From NCBI GenBank assembly GCA_049284575.1, contig JBAPYE010000144.1:1-50222 (forward strand): a stretch of 50,222 bases of DNA. Reading direction: 5' to 3'. Within the stretch, counting starts at the first letter, position 1. Each line of letters begins with the position of its first letter. Below are positions 36,428 to 44,966 of this stretch, piece after piece. The position numbers and the translations under genes are program-made. Source of the stretch: Desulfobacterales bacterium (lineage in GTDB: Bacteria; Desulfobacterota; Desulfobacteria; Desulfobacterales; JAABRJ01). The notes below the pieces were generated by a model. It worked only from the letters and a program-made list of their open reading frames with translations, made no database searches and was not told where the DNA came from.

Positions 36428-37810
36428 ATGGAAACCATTCTGATCGTTGATGATGAAAAAAATTACCTGGCCATTCTCAGCGCCGTGCTGAGTGAAGAGG
36501 GTTTTGAAACCTTGACGGCCAGCAGCGCGGAGAAAGCGCTGAACACGTTGGAAAATTCGGACGTGGACCTGGTGCTGACGGACATGAAAATGCCCTCGAT
36601 GGACGGCATCGAGCTGCTGGAGCGGATCAAGGCCATCGAAGCCGACCTGCCCGTCATCATGATGACAGCCCACGGCACGGTGGAAAAAGCGGTGGAGGCC
36701 ATGCAGAAGGGGGCCTACACCTACCTTCAGAAACCGTTTGAAAACGAACGCATGGTGCTGCATGTCAAAAAAGCCGTTGCCATGTACCGGGTGATGAAGG
36801 AAAACCGCCAGCTCCGAAGCGCCTTTGAATCCCAGTACCGTTTCGGCAACATCATCGGCAAAAGCAAGGTGATGCGGGATGTTTTCCAGATGGTCCACAA
36901 AGTGGCCCCGGCCACGGCAACCGTCCTGATCGAAGGCGAAAGCGGAACCGGCAAGGAACTGGTGGCCAAATCGATCCACTACAACAGCCCGCGCAATAAA
37001 AAGCCCTTTATCGCGGTCAACTGTTCGGCCCTGACCGAAAGCCTGATGGAAAGTGAACTCTTCGGCCATGAGAAAGGGGCCTTCACGGGCGCGGTTGCAA
37101 TGAAAAAGGGGCGTTTTGAACTGGCCGACACCGGCACCCTTTTCCTGGATGAAATCGGGGAGCTGTCCCAGAACCTGCAGGTCAAACTGCTTCGGGTCCT
37201 CCAGGAGAAGGCGTTTGAACGGGTGGGAGGCGTCAGGCCGATTTCGGTCGATATCCGCCTGATCGCTGCAACCAATAAGGAATTGGAAAAAGAGGTCAAA
37301 GCCGGACGGTTCCGCGAGGACCTCTTTTATCGCCTCAACGTCGTCCACATCGCCCTGCCTCCCCTGCGCAAGCGCCAGGAGGACCTCCGACTGCTGGTGG
37401 ATCACTTTATCCAAAAGTACGCCGGCGAGCGCAAGACCGACGTCCCCATCAAAGGGCTGGATCCTAAAGTGGAGCGCCTTTTTTATGATTACAGTTGGCC
37501 GGGCAACGTCCGCCAACTGGAGAACGTGATCGAACGGGCCATGATCCTGTGCCCTGCCGATGTCATCCGTGAAGCGGATCTGCCCCTCGATTTCAAGGAC
37601 AACTTGACCACGACCATGTACCTGGACGGCATCCCGGCCAACGCCAACCTGAACGAAACACTGACCCTGATCGAAAAGAAAATGATCCAGCGGGCGCTGA
37701 AAATAACCCAAAACGTTCAGGCCCACGCGGCGGAACTGCTGGGGATTGGAAAAAGCGGATTGAATATGAAAATCAAAAAGCTGGGATTGGACGTCAAGTC
37801 CAAAGAGTGA
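36428..37810 (+). CDS. Sigma54-dependent response regulator (REC-AAA+-Fis HTH; PilR/AtoC-like)
   Basis: 460 aa: ILIVDDEKNYL...DLVLTDMKMPSMDG, GESGTGKELVAK, ESELFGHEKGAFTGA, and the C-terminal HAAELLGIGKSGLNMKIKKLG. Confidence 0.9.
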   Translation: METILIVDDEKNYLAILSAVLSEEGFETLTASSAEKALNTLENSDVDLVLTDMKMPSMDGIELLERIKAIEADLPVIMMTAHGTVEKAVEAMQKGAYTYLQKPFENERMVLHVKKAVAMYRVMKENRQLRSAFESQYRFGNIIGKSKVMRDVFQMVHKVAPATATVLIEGESGTGKELVAKSIHYNSPRNKKPFIAVNCSALTESLMESELFGHEKGAFTGAVAMKKGRFELADTGTLFLDEIGELSQNLQVKLLRVLQEKAFERVGGVRPISVDIRLIAATNKELEKEVKAGRFREDLFYRLNVVHIALPPLRKRQEDLRLLVDHFIQKYAGERKTDVPIKGLDPKVERLFYDYSWPGNVRQLENVIERAMILCPADVIREADLPLDFKDNLTTTMYLDGIPANANLNETLTLIEKKMIQRALKITQNVQAHAAELLGIGKSGLNMKIKKLGLDVKSKE

Positions 37811-37871
37811 CCGGCGGGATCCGGGGTCTCTCGACCGGTGGCCCCGTATCCGGTCACAGGTTGCATCGGCA

Positions 37872-37919
37872 GGCCGCCAGGATCAGATACCGGCCACGGT
37901 GGCGGCCTGATCCTGGCGG
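37872..37919. terminator. Inverted repeat between the convergent regulator gene and the TPR gene
   Basis: CCGCCAGGATCAG-(20 nt)-CTGATCCTGGCGG, a 13-bp perfect stem. There is no U-tract. Confidence 0.4.
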
Positions 37920-37926
37920 TGTGCCC

Positions 37927-38622
37927 TCAACTCGAGCCGGCGACAAGCTCGCGCGCGACGTCATGGTAAATCGAATCTTTGTGGTCTGAAACAAGCCGGT
38001 TGAGCGCCGCCAGGCGCTTTTCTTTTGCCCCCATTGCGTCGTACACCCGCGCCAGACTGAAAAGGGCATCGTCTTTCATTAAAAAACGGTTTCCCTGAAC
38101 GATCTGGTCAAAATACTGGGCGGCAGCCTGATATTCTTTTTTCGCCTCCCGGCAATAGCCCAGGTTGCTCAGCATCAGGCTCTGGATAGCCGGATCGTGC
38201 TCGAAGGCTTTCAGATTCTGACGGTAAAGGGCGATGGCGGTGTCATAGTCACCCCCCTGATAACTGATATTGGCCAACATGACGGCGGCGATCCTGGCGG
38301 CTTGGGTGCCGGAATAGTCGTCAATAATCGCCTTGAAATCCTTTTCGACCGCCCGGTAGGCTTCCACGCCGTCCTGCTGGGAGGCCAGCGTTTCGTAGCG
38401 CTGATGGTGTTGCGCCACCAAGGCGAATGCCTTTTTCTCATTCTGCGCCGAAAAATACTGGTAGCCACTGACCGCGATCCCCACCGCAAATAAAACCCCC
38501 AGCGCCACCGCCAACCGTTTTTTATGCTGGGCTGCGTATTGCAGCAACTTGGCAGAATATGTCAAAAATTCGTCCTGCTGGTTGAGCAGCTCCTTGCGAC
38601 TGATTTTTTTTTTCTTGGCCAT
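37927..38622 (-). CDS. YfgM-like membrane-anchored TPR protein (TPR_21 type)
   Basis: I place the start at ATG 38622 (MAKKKKISRKELLNQQDEF...), with GGAGG 5 nt upstream. It has a single TM (LAVALGVLFAVGIAVSGY) followed by TPR-like repeats. Codons 3-7 carry an A10 tract. Confidence 0.7.
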   Translation of the reverse strand: MAKKKKISRKELLNQQDEFLTYSAKLLQYAAQHKKRLAVALGVLFAVGIAVSGYQYFSAQNEKKAFALVAQHHQRYETLASQQDGVEAYRAVEKDFKAIIDDYSGTQAARIAAVMLANISYQGGDYDTAIALYRQNLKAFEHDPAIQSLMLSNLGYCREAKKEYQAAAQYFDQIVQGNRFLMKDDALFSLARVYDAMGAKEKRLAALNRLVSDHKDSIYHDVARELVAGSS

Positions 38623-38736
38623 TGCGCCTCCAAATTCAAGAACGGGTATGCAACTATCAACGGGCCTTGCGCCGGGAGCTTGGCAAGCGGTGAACAGTTG
38701 CAACATGGATTTTGTATTCGTCCGGAGGGAAGAAAT

Positions 38737-39216
38737 TCACCACACCAGGTTACCGTAAATCCAGCCCTTGTCCCCATCGGCGTGCTGGATTTGAAGCCAC
38801 TTCTCCTTTTTATCCAGAACCTTGAAGGGAATCCCGCGGTCGACGACAAAAACCACATCATGCTCGGTCCCGGGACCCGATCGGATATTGCAGTTATCGT
38901 TTTTGGTAATCACCGCCGGGACGTTGGCCAGCAGCGGCGCACTGATCCAACCGCTGTCGCCCTCAAAATCCTTGAACTGATACCAGGAACCCGACTTTTT
39001 GACAATCTCCAGGGGGTGATATTTTTCCACTTTCCACAGAAGCTCGTGGTTGCCGCCGGGCCCCGACCGAATGTTGGCGATCGGCACCGCCACACTGAGG
39101 CGCTCGGCGAGCGCCGGGATCACCATGAGGCTCAGGAGTAAAAAAACCGACACCGCGAGGCGAACTCCAGACATGCATTTACCGAAAACCGTCTTCACTG
39201 TTTGGAAGTCACTCAT
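38737..39216 (-). CDS. Secreted protein with two bacterial SH3 (SH3b) domains
   Basis: Start at ATG 39216, with GGGAGGA upstream. The signal peptide is ...LLLSLMVIPALA. The two repeats are ANIRSGPGGNHELLWKVEKYHPLEIVKKSGSWYQFKDFEGDSGWI and CNIRSGPGTEHDVVFVVDRGIPFKVLDKKEKWLQIQHADGDKGWI. Confidence 0.75.
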   Translation of the reverse strand: MSDFQTVKTVFGKCMSGVRLAVSVFLLLSLMVIPALAERLSVAVPIANIRSGPGGNHELLWKVEKYHPLEIVKKSGSWYQFKDFEGDSGWISAPLLANVPAVITKNDNCNIRSGPGTEHDVVFVVDRGIPFKVLDKKEKWLQIQHADGDKGWIYGNLVW

Positions 39217-39275
39217 GACCGTGGCGTCCTCCCTGATTGGCGGCACCCATTTCGCCATTTGGAAATCGGCGCCGT

Positions 39276-39917
39276 TTATGCCGATTGAAAAAAAACCAGA
39301 TCCGGCAGTTTTACACAAGTCAGTTGGCGACCGTACACGGCGCCGGTGTCGATCCCGATCTTGTTGGCCTGCACCAGCGGCTCGGGAAACGGCGTGTGCC
39401 CGAAAACCACCGGCTTGCCGAAGTCAACGTCCGAATAAATGAACCGGGACCGAATCCACAACAAGTCACTGGAGCGCTGCTGAGCCAACGGTACCTTGGG
39501 TTTCAGGCCGGCGTGCACGAAAATATAGTTTTCGGTTTCGTAGAAGAGCCGCAGCTCCTTGAAAAAGGCTTGATGCCGGACGGGAACCACCGGCGCCTGG
39601 GGGTTTCGGCGATGACGAAGGTAGCTGTCCAGGGTCGCTTGACCGCCGTTTATCAGAAAGGTCAACTTGTCGGGTCCGGCGAGGTAATCCGCCATCATCT
39701 GTTCGTGGTTGCCTTTGAGAAAAACCACATGCCGGAAAATGGTCTTCAGCCCCAGCACGTAGTCCACCACCTCGAAGGCGGCGGGCCCCCGATCGATATA
39801 ATCCCCGACGAAAACCAGCTGGTCCCGCTCGGGGTCGATATCCAGTTGATCGATCAGACGGCGAAGTTTGTCGGCACAGCCATGGATATCGCCGATTGCG
39901 TATATGTGGTGCGTCAT
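39276..39917 (-). CDS. Metallophosphoesterase (PPP-family Ser/Thr phosphatase / ApaH-like)
   Basis: Start at MTHHIYAIGDIHGCADKL (39917). The motifs GDIHG, GDYIDRGP and GNHE are present. 213 aa. Confidence 0.85.
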   Translation of the reverse strand: MTHHIYAIGDIHGCADKLRRLIDQLDIDPERDQLVFVGDYIDRGPAAFEVVDYVLGLKTIFRHVVFLKGNHEQMMADYLAGPDKLTFLINGGQATLDSYLRHRRNPQAPVVPVRHQAFFKELRLFYETENYIFVHAGLKPKVPLAQQRSSDLLWIRSRFIYSDVDFGKPVVFGHTPFPEPLVQANKIGIDTGAVYGRQLTCVKLPDLVFFQSA

Positions 39918-40026
39918 CGGGTTGGCTCGGGTTTTGAGGGTTGCGTTCTCCGAAACGGCCAGTGCGCCCTCCGAGCATCGGTTTCCGACGCCGACCGGTT
40001 TGAAATCCGCCGCCACAGATTACCCG

Positions 40027-40962
40027 TCAGAAAAAAGCGAACACACGACGGGGTTTGTCCAGCCGATTCAAACCGACCGCCCGGGCGGCTTCAAAGGCAT
40101 GCTCGAAATCACTTTGAGTTGGCCTGTCCGCCAGCAGAGGGTCTTCGAACGCCCGGCCGCAGGGCCGGTACTGGGTCATGATGTTGATGTACGTGTCCGG
40201 GGATATTTCCTCGGCAATAAAAGCCATGACCGCGGGCGTGCCGGCCAGGCCGTGGGGCATCACCAGGTGGCGCACCAGCAACCCCCGGCGCGCCACCCCA
40301 TCGGAATCCAGTCGAAGGTCGCCCACCTGGCGGTGCATTTCTCTCAACGCCGCGCGGGCGACGGCCGGGTAATCTCTGGCGCGGCAGACGGCCTGCGCCA
40401 CGGCGGGGTCCCAAAACTTGAAGTCCGGCATGTAGATATCGACGACGCCGTCCAGCAGTTCCAGGGTGGGCACCTGGTCATAGCCGCTGGTGTTGTAGAC
40501 CAGCGGAAGGCTGAGACCCTTGGGAACGGCTGCTGCCACCGCCGCCAGAATTTGAGGCACCACGTGGGACGGTGTGACCAAATTGATATTGTGGCACCCC
40601 TGGCCCTGCAGGGCCAGCATCATGTCGGCAAGCTGGGCGATGTCCACGGGGTCTCCCGCCCCGCCGTGGCTGATATCGTAATTTTGGCAGAAGCGGCACA
40701 GCAGACTGCAGTGGGTAAAAAATATCGTGCCTGAACCACGGCTTCCCACCAGTGGCGCCTCTTCGCCAAAATGCGGGCCGATGCTGGAGACCACGGCCGA
40801 CCGACCGGTTCTGCATATTCCGGTTTGGCCGGCCAGACGGTCGACCCTGCAGCGTCGCGGGCAGAGGGTGCAGCACCGCATTTTCTTCCAGGCCGCCTTG
40901 ATCTTGGCGGCCAGCCCCCCCTGTTGGAAGGTGCTGATATAAACCGGCTCACGGGTGGCCAT
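40027..40962 (-). CDS. Radical SAM protein, PflX (COG1313) type: PFL-activase homologue with an N-terminal Cys cluster
   Basis: 311 aa: CCTLCPRRCRVDRLAGQTGICRTG...HFGEEAPLVGSRGSGTIFFTHCSLLCRFCQNYDIS, which contains a CxxxCxxC motif. Confidence 0.85.
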   Translation of the reverse strand: MATREPVYISTFQQGGLAAKIKAAWKKMRCCTLCPRRCRVDRLAGQTGICRTGRSAVVSSIGPHFGEEAPLVGSRGSGTIFFTHCSLLCRFCQNYDISHGGAGDPVDIAQLADMMLALQGQGCHNINLVTPSHVVPQILAAVAAAVPKGLSLPLVYNTSGYDQVPTLELLDGVVDIYMPDFKFWDPAVAQAVCRARDYPAVARAALREMHRQVGDLRLDSDGVARRGLLVRHLVMPHGLAGTPAVMAFIAEEISPDTYINIMTQYRPCGRAFEDPLLADRPTQSDFEHAFEAARAVGLNRLDKPRRVFAFF

Positions 40963-40993
40963 GGCACCTCCCTGCGGCCCCGGCCGACGAGGC

Positions 40994-41242
40994 TCAGGCC
41001 GGACCGGGTATGTCGTAGGTGGTGCAGGAGCCGCCGGAACAGGTGCGCGTCTGGACCGACGGCCGGGTGCCGGTCCCGGACCCGGTGCCGCCGCCCATGG
41101 CGTAATGGGTGGTGCTCAAGACCCGCTCGAAGGCCTCGGCACCGCAATGGGGGCATTTCATCTCGACGTCTTGTTCCCGGCTCATGACCAGCAGCTCGAA
41201 AATTTCGTTGCATTGCTGGCATTTAAATTCATAAAGTGGCAT
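40994..41242 (-). CDS. FmdB-family zinc-ribbon protein (CxxC...CxxC) with a Gly/Thr/Ser/Cys-rich tail
   Basis: 82 aa: MPLYEFKCQQCNEIFELLV...MKCPHCGAEAFERVLS...GGGTGSGTGTRPSVQTRTCSGGSCTTYDIPGPA. Confidence 0.85.
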   Translation of the reverse strand: MPLYEFKCQQCNEIFELLVMSREQDVEMKCPHCGAEAFERVLSTTHYAMGGGTGSGTGTRPSVQTRTCSGGSCTTYDIPGPA

Positions 41243-41340
41243 GTCTTTCCTCCGTAAAAACCCAAAAAAAACAACAGGGACAGGTTGTAATATCCCACCG
41301 TGGGCTTGTCAAGGGTATGCCCGCCACCGCGATCTGCCGC

Positions 41341-43041
41341 TTATACCTGTCCTTGAAGCAGCTCGCGGGCATGCTCCAGGGTTTTGGCCGTAATGGTGGC
41401 GCCCCCCAGCATCCGGGCGATTTCCTGCACCCGCGCCTCGGCCGCAAGCGGCTCGATCCGGGTATGGGTCCGGCCCCCGGCGACATGTTTGGAAATCCGA
41501 TAGTGGTGGTGGGCAAACCGGGCGATCTGAGGCAGGTGGGTAATGCAGATCACCTGGTGGTAGCGCGCCAGGGCGGCCAGTTTTTGCCCGACCATTTCCG
41601 CGACCCTACCGCCGATGCCGGCATCGACCTCGTCGAAGATGATCGTGGCGACCGCATCGGACTGGGCCAGGATCGCCTTGAGGGCCAGCACCACGCGGGA
41701 GAGTTCACCGCCCGAGGCAATCGCGGCAAGCGGCTTGAGGTCCTCACCGACGTTGGGGGCGATCATGAAACAGGCCCGATCGAAACCGGTTTCCCCCGCG
41801 ACGAAACCATCCACCGTCAGGCAGGGCTCGGCCTGGGGGTCTGCCTGAATGGGCTGCAGGAACACCTCGAAACGGGTCTGGGCCATGTTCAACGACGCCA
41901 GTTCGCTTTCGACCTTTTCGCCCAGGCGTCTGGCCGAATTTTTCCTTTTCGCCGAAAGCGTGCGACACTGATCCGCCAGGCGGACCTGCTGCGCCGCGAT
42001 CTCTTGACGGACCGCGCCCATCCTGCCATTCAGGTCCCCGATCTGCGCCAGCTCGCGTTCGATGGCGGCGCGCCGTTCGGCCACCGCCGCCAGACTGCCG
42101 CCGTATTTGCGCTTTAGCGTGTGCAGCAGGTCCAGTCGGGCCTCGACCGCCTCCAGGCGCCGCTCGTCCATGGTCACGGTGTCGCGGTAGCGGCGCAGTT
42201 CGTCGACCAGATCCTCCAGCTGGTAGCCGGTTTCCGCCAGCCGCCGGGAGACAGGCGCAAGGTCGGCGTCCAGGCCGCTGACTTTTTCCAGGCTTTTCTG
42301 AATTTCCGCCAGGCGCTCCACAACGGCGCCTTCGGTGGCGTAGAGGCCATCGATGCTCTCCTGTGCAGTGCGAAAAAGGGTTTCGGCGCTGCGCAGGCGC
42401 AGCTGCTCCTGGGCGAGCCGCTCATCCTCTGCGGGCTGGATGCCGGCATCCAGAATTTCCTTGTGCTGAAATCGCAGCAGCTCCAGGCGTTCGGTCTGAC
42501 GATCCTTTTGGGCGTTTAGGGTTTTAAGCTCCTGAATCAGGGGCAGGAGTTCCCGGTAACACGCCCCAAGGTTTTCCCGAAGGGTCAGCTGTCCACCAAA
42601 ACGATCCAGGATCAGCAGATGCTGATCCTCGTTGAGCAGTCCCTGATGGGCGTGCTGGCCGGATATGCTGGCCAGGTTTTCGGTCGCCGCAGCGAGGGCC
42701 TGCATGGTCGCCAACCGACCGTTGAGATAGACCCGGTGGCGGTCGTTGCGTGAGATCAGCCGCCGGACCACCAGCCCGTCGCCCTCGGTGCAGTCCGCCG
42801 CCGGCATCGACAAAAGCACGCCGCCCGGTGCAATCCGGAACAAGGCTTCCAATTCGGCGCAATCCGCGCCGGCACGGATTAGTTTGGCGCTTGCGCGGCT
42901 GCCCAGAAGCAGGTTGACGGCACTGATGATGATGGATTTTCCGGCACCGGTTTCGCCGCTGAGCACCGTCAGGCCGTCCTGAAAGGTGATTCTCAGGTCG
43001 TCGATGATGGCGAAGTTCCGAATACAAAGCGCTTCAAGCAT
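41341..43041 (-). CDS. recN: DNA repair protein RecN
   Basis: Start at MLEALCIRNFAIIDDLRITFQDGLTVLSGETGAGKSIIISAV, collinear with E. coli RecN. It has a long coiled coil and a C-terminal signature/Walker B (ASGGELSRVVLALK...IIFDEVDAGIGG). Confidence 0.93.
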   Translation of the reverse strand: MLEALCIRNFAIIDDLRITFQDGLTVLSGETGAGKSIIISAVNLLLGSRASAKLIRAGADCAELEALFRIAPGGVLLSMPAADCTEGDGLVVRRLISRNDRHRVYLNGRLATMQALAAATENLASISGQHAHQGLLNEDQHLLILDRFGGQLTLRENLGACYRELLPLIQELKTLNAQKDRQTERLELLRFQHKEILDAGIQPAEDERLAQEQLRLRSAETLFRTAQESIDGLYATEGAVVERLAEIQKSLEKVSGLDADLAPVSRRLAETGYQLEDLVDELRRYRDTVTMDERRLEAVEARLDLLHTLKRKYGGSLAAVAERRAAIERELAQIGDLNGRMGAVRQEIAAQQVRLADQCRTLSAKRKNSARRLGEKVESELASLNMAQTRFEVFLQPIQADPQAEPCLTVDGFVAGETGFDRACFMIAPNVGEDLKPLAAIASGGELSRVVLALKAILAQSDAVATIIFDEVDAGIGGRVAEMVGQKLAALARYHQVICITHLPQIARFAHHHYRISKHVAGGRTHTRIEPLAAEARVQEIARMLGGATITAKTLEHARELLQGQV

Positions 43042-43048
43042 ACACGTG

Positions 43049-43108
43049 CTCACCCGCAAGGGCTGAAAAGATGTTATCTTAAAAAGGGCGCCCGCTGCGT
43101 CAAATTTA
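43049..43108 (-). promoter_or_regulatory. Candidate recN promoter with an overlapping palindrome
   Basis: The minus strand reads TTGACG, 16 nt, then TAAGAT. The palindrome AAGAT-aac-ATCTT (43068-43080) overlaps the -10 element. Confidence 0.3.
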
Positions 43109-43261
43109 TCGCACAGCCGGGAGGGATTGTAAAGACGCCTTCAGGGGGCTGAATCTTCCGCCAACCCGGGTTTGTTCTTCATTAAACCGGGTGTTTATGC
43201 TATTCAAGAGCCGTTTGAGCCAAAAAGCGCTGCCCATCATCCCCCCAAACAGGAGGTCAGC

Positions 43262-44908
43262 ATGACCGCAAAATCGTATCAGCCCGGCGACCCCTTTCAG
43301 TTTCAACTGACCGTCAAAACGCTCCTGAAGACCCCTCTGATCTACGCACCGGACCAGGAAATCGTCTACCGCGACAAGGCCCGCTACACCTACCGGCAGA
43401 TAAACCAGCGCATCCACCAGTTGGCCAATGTCCTCGAGACCCTGGGCCTCTCACGGGGTGACACGGTGGCGGTCTTCGATTATGACAGCAACCGCTACCT
43501 GGAATGCTTTTTTGCCATCCCGATGGTCGGTGCCGTGCTGCAGACGGTCAACTGGCGGCTGTCGGCCGAACAGATCGTTTACACCATCAACCACGCCGAA
43601 GCCCGCATGATCATCATCAACAGCGATTTTCTGCCGATCCTCACCAAACTGCACCCTCAGCTGAAAACGGTGCAAACCATCGTGGCCATCTCCGAAGACG
43701 GCGCCCAACTCAAAGCCGACCTGCCGCTGGTAGGCGAGTATGAGGCACTTCTGGAGAAAGCCCCGGGGCGCTACGATTTTCCGGATCTGGATGAAAACAC
43801 CAAAGCGACGACCTTCTACACCACCGGCACCACCGGCGACCCCAAAGGGGTTCATTTTTCCCACCGCCAGCTGATGCTCCACACCCTCTCGTGCGCCATT
43901 GCGTTCGGTTCATACGACACCATCGGCCGCTTCCGCTCCGATGACGTCTACATGCCGATTACGCCCATGTTTCACGTCCATGCCTGGGGGCTCCCCTATA
44001 TTGCCACCCTTTTGGGCGTAAAGCAGGTCTATCCGGGCAAGTATGAGCCGGAAATGCTGCTAAAGCTGATCAGCAGCGAAAAGGTGACCTTCTCCCACTG
44101 CGTCCCAACCATTCTTCAGATGCTGATCAACAGCCCCGTGATTCAGAATGTGGACCTCTCCAGGTGGAAGGTGGTGATCGGGGGCGCCCGGCTGCCCAAA
44201 GGGCTGGCCAGGTCCGCCCGCGAGATCGGTATCGACCTCTACACCGGCTACGGCATGTCCGAGACCTGCCCGATCATCAGCCTGGGGGTGCCCAAGGGAA
44301 AAATGCCGGGGGCCTCCGATGAGGAGAAACTGGACATCATCACCAAAACCGGCCTGCCGATTCCCCTGGTGGACATCGAAGTCGTGGACGGCGACAGCCG
44401 GCCCCTGCCGCACGACGGCGCCGCCAGCGGAGAGGTGGTCCTCAGGGCGCCATGGCTGACCCAGAGCTATTTCAAGGCGCCCGCAAAATCCGAAAGCCTG
44501 TGGCGCAGCGGCTGGCTGCACACCGGTGATGTGGGCCACATCGACGAAGAGGGCTACCTGATGATCACCGACCGGATCAAGGACGTCATCAAAACCGGCG
44601 GGGAGTGGGTTTCTTCGCTGGACCTGGAAAATCTGATGAGCCAGCATGAGGCCGTGCTCGAATCGGCGGCCATCGGCATTCCAGATGAAAAATGGGGAGA
44701 GCGGCCGCTGATGCTGGTGGTCCTTAAGAAAAACTTCGAGGGCAAGGTCAGCGCGGAGGACCTCAAACAGTACATGCGCAAGTGCGCGCAGGAGGGCAAG
44801 CTGCCCAAATACGGCGTACCGGAAAGCTATCGGCTCGTTTCGGAAATTGCCAAAACCAGCGTCGGCAAACTGAACAAGAAGCAGTTGCGCCAAACTTTCA
44901 CGGATTGA
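43262..44908 (+). CDS. AMP-dependent acyl-CoA synthetase/ligase (fatty-acid-CoA ligase family)
   Basis: Start at the ATG 5 nt after AGGAGG (MTAKSYQPGDPF...). The AMP-binding motif is FYTTGTTGDPKGV. Also present are GYGMSET and GWLHTGDVG...ITDRIKDVIKTGGEWVSS. Confidence 0.9.
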   Translation: MTAKSYQPGDPFQFQLTVKTLLKTPLIYAPDQEIVYRDKARYTYRQINQRIHQLANVLETLGLSRGDTVAVFDYDSNRYLECFFAIPMVGAVLQTVNWRLSAEQIVYTINHAEARMIIINSDFLPILTKLHPQLKTVQTIVAISEDGAQLKADLPLVGEYEALLEKAPGRYDFPDLDENTKATTFYTTGTTGDPKGVHFSHRQLMLHTLSCAIAFGSYDTIGRFRSDDVYMPITPMFHVHAWGLPYIATLLGVKQVYPGKYEPEMLLKLISSEKVTFSHCVPTILQMLINSPVIQNVDLSRWKVVIGGARLPKGLARSAREIGIDLYTGYGMSETCPIISLGVPKGKMPGASDEEKLDIITKTGLPIPLVDIEVVDGDSRPLPHDGAASGEVVLRAPWLTQSYFKAPAKSESLWRSGWLHTGDVGHIDEEGYLMITDRIKDVIKTGGEWVSSLDLENLMSQHEAVLESAAIGIPDEKWGERPLMLVVLKKNFEGKVSAEDLKQYMRKCAQEGKLPKYGVPESYRLVSEIAKTSVGKLNKKQLRQTFTD

Positions 44909-44966
44909 GAGGGGCAAAGGCCGAGACGCTCCAAATCCGGGGCCGCGAGCAGGCGTCCTGTCCGGT

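Noticed and set aside
36407-37726. 439-aa - strand ORF
   Set aside because: It is antisense to the sigma54 response regulator at 36428..37810.
34329-37926. Search for a type IV pilin gene (Gly-Phe-Thr-Leu-Ile-Glu N-terminus) near the kinase/regulator pair
   Set aside because: No frame in the intergenic regions 34329-34879, 36299-36427 or 37811-37926 encodes a prepilin-like leader plus hydrophobic helix. ORF 37807..37989 is Arg/Gly/Pro-rich and overlaps the terminator repeat.
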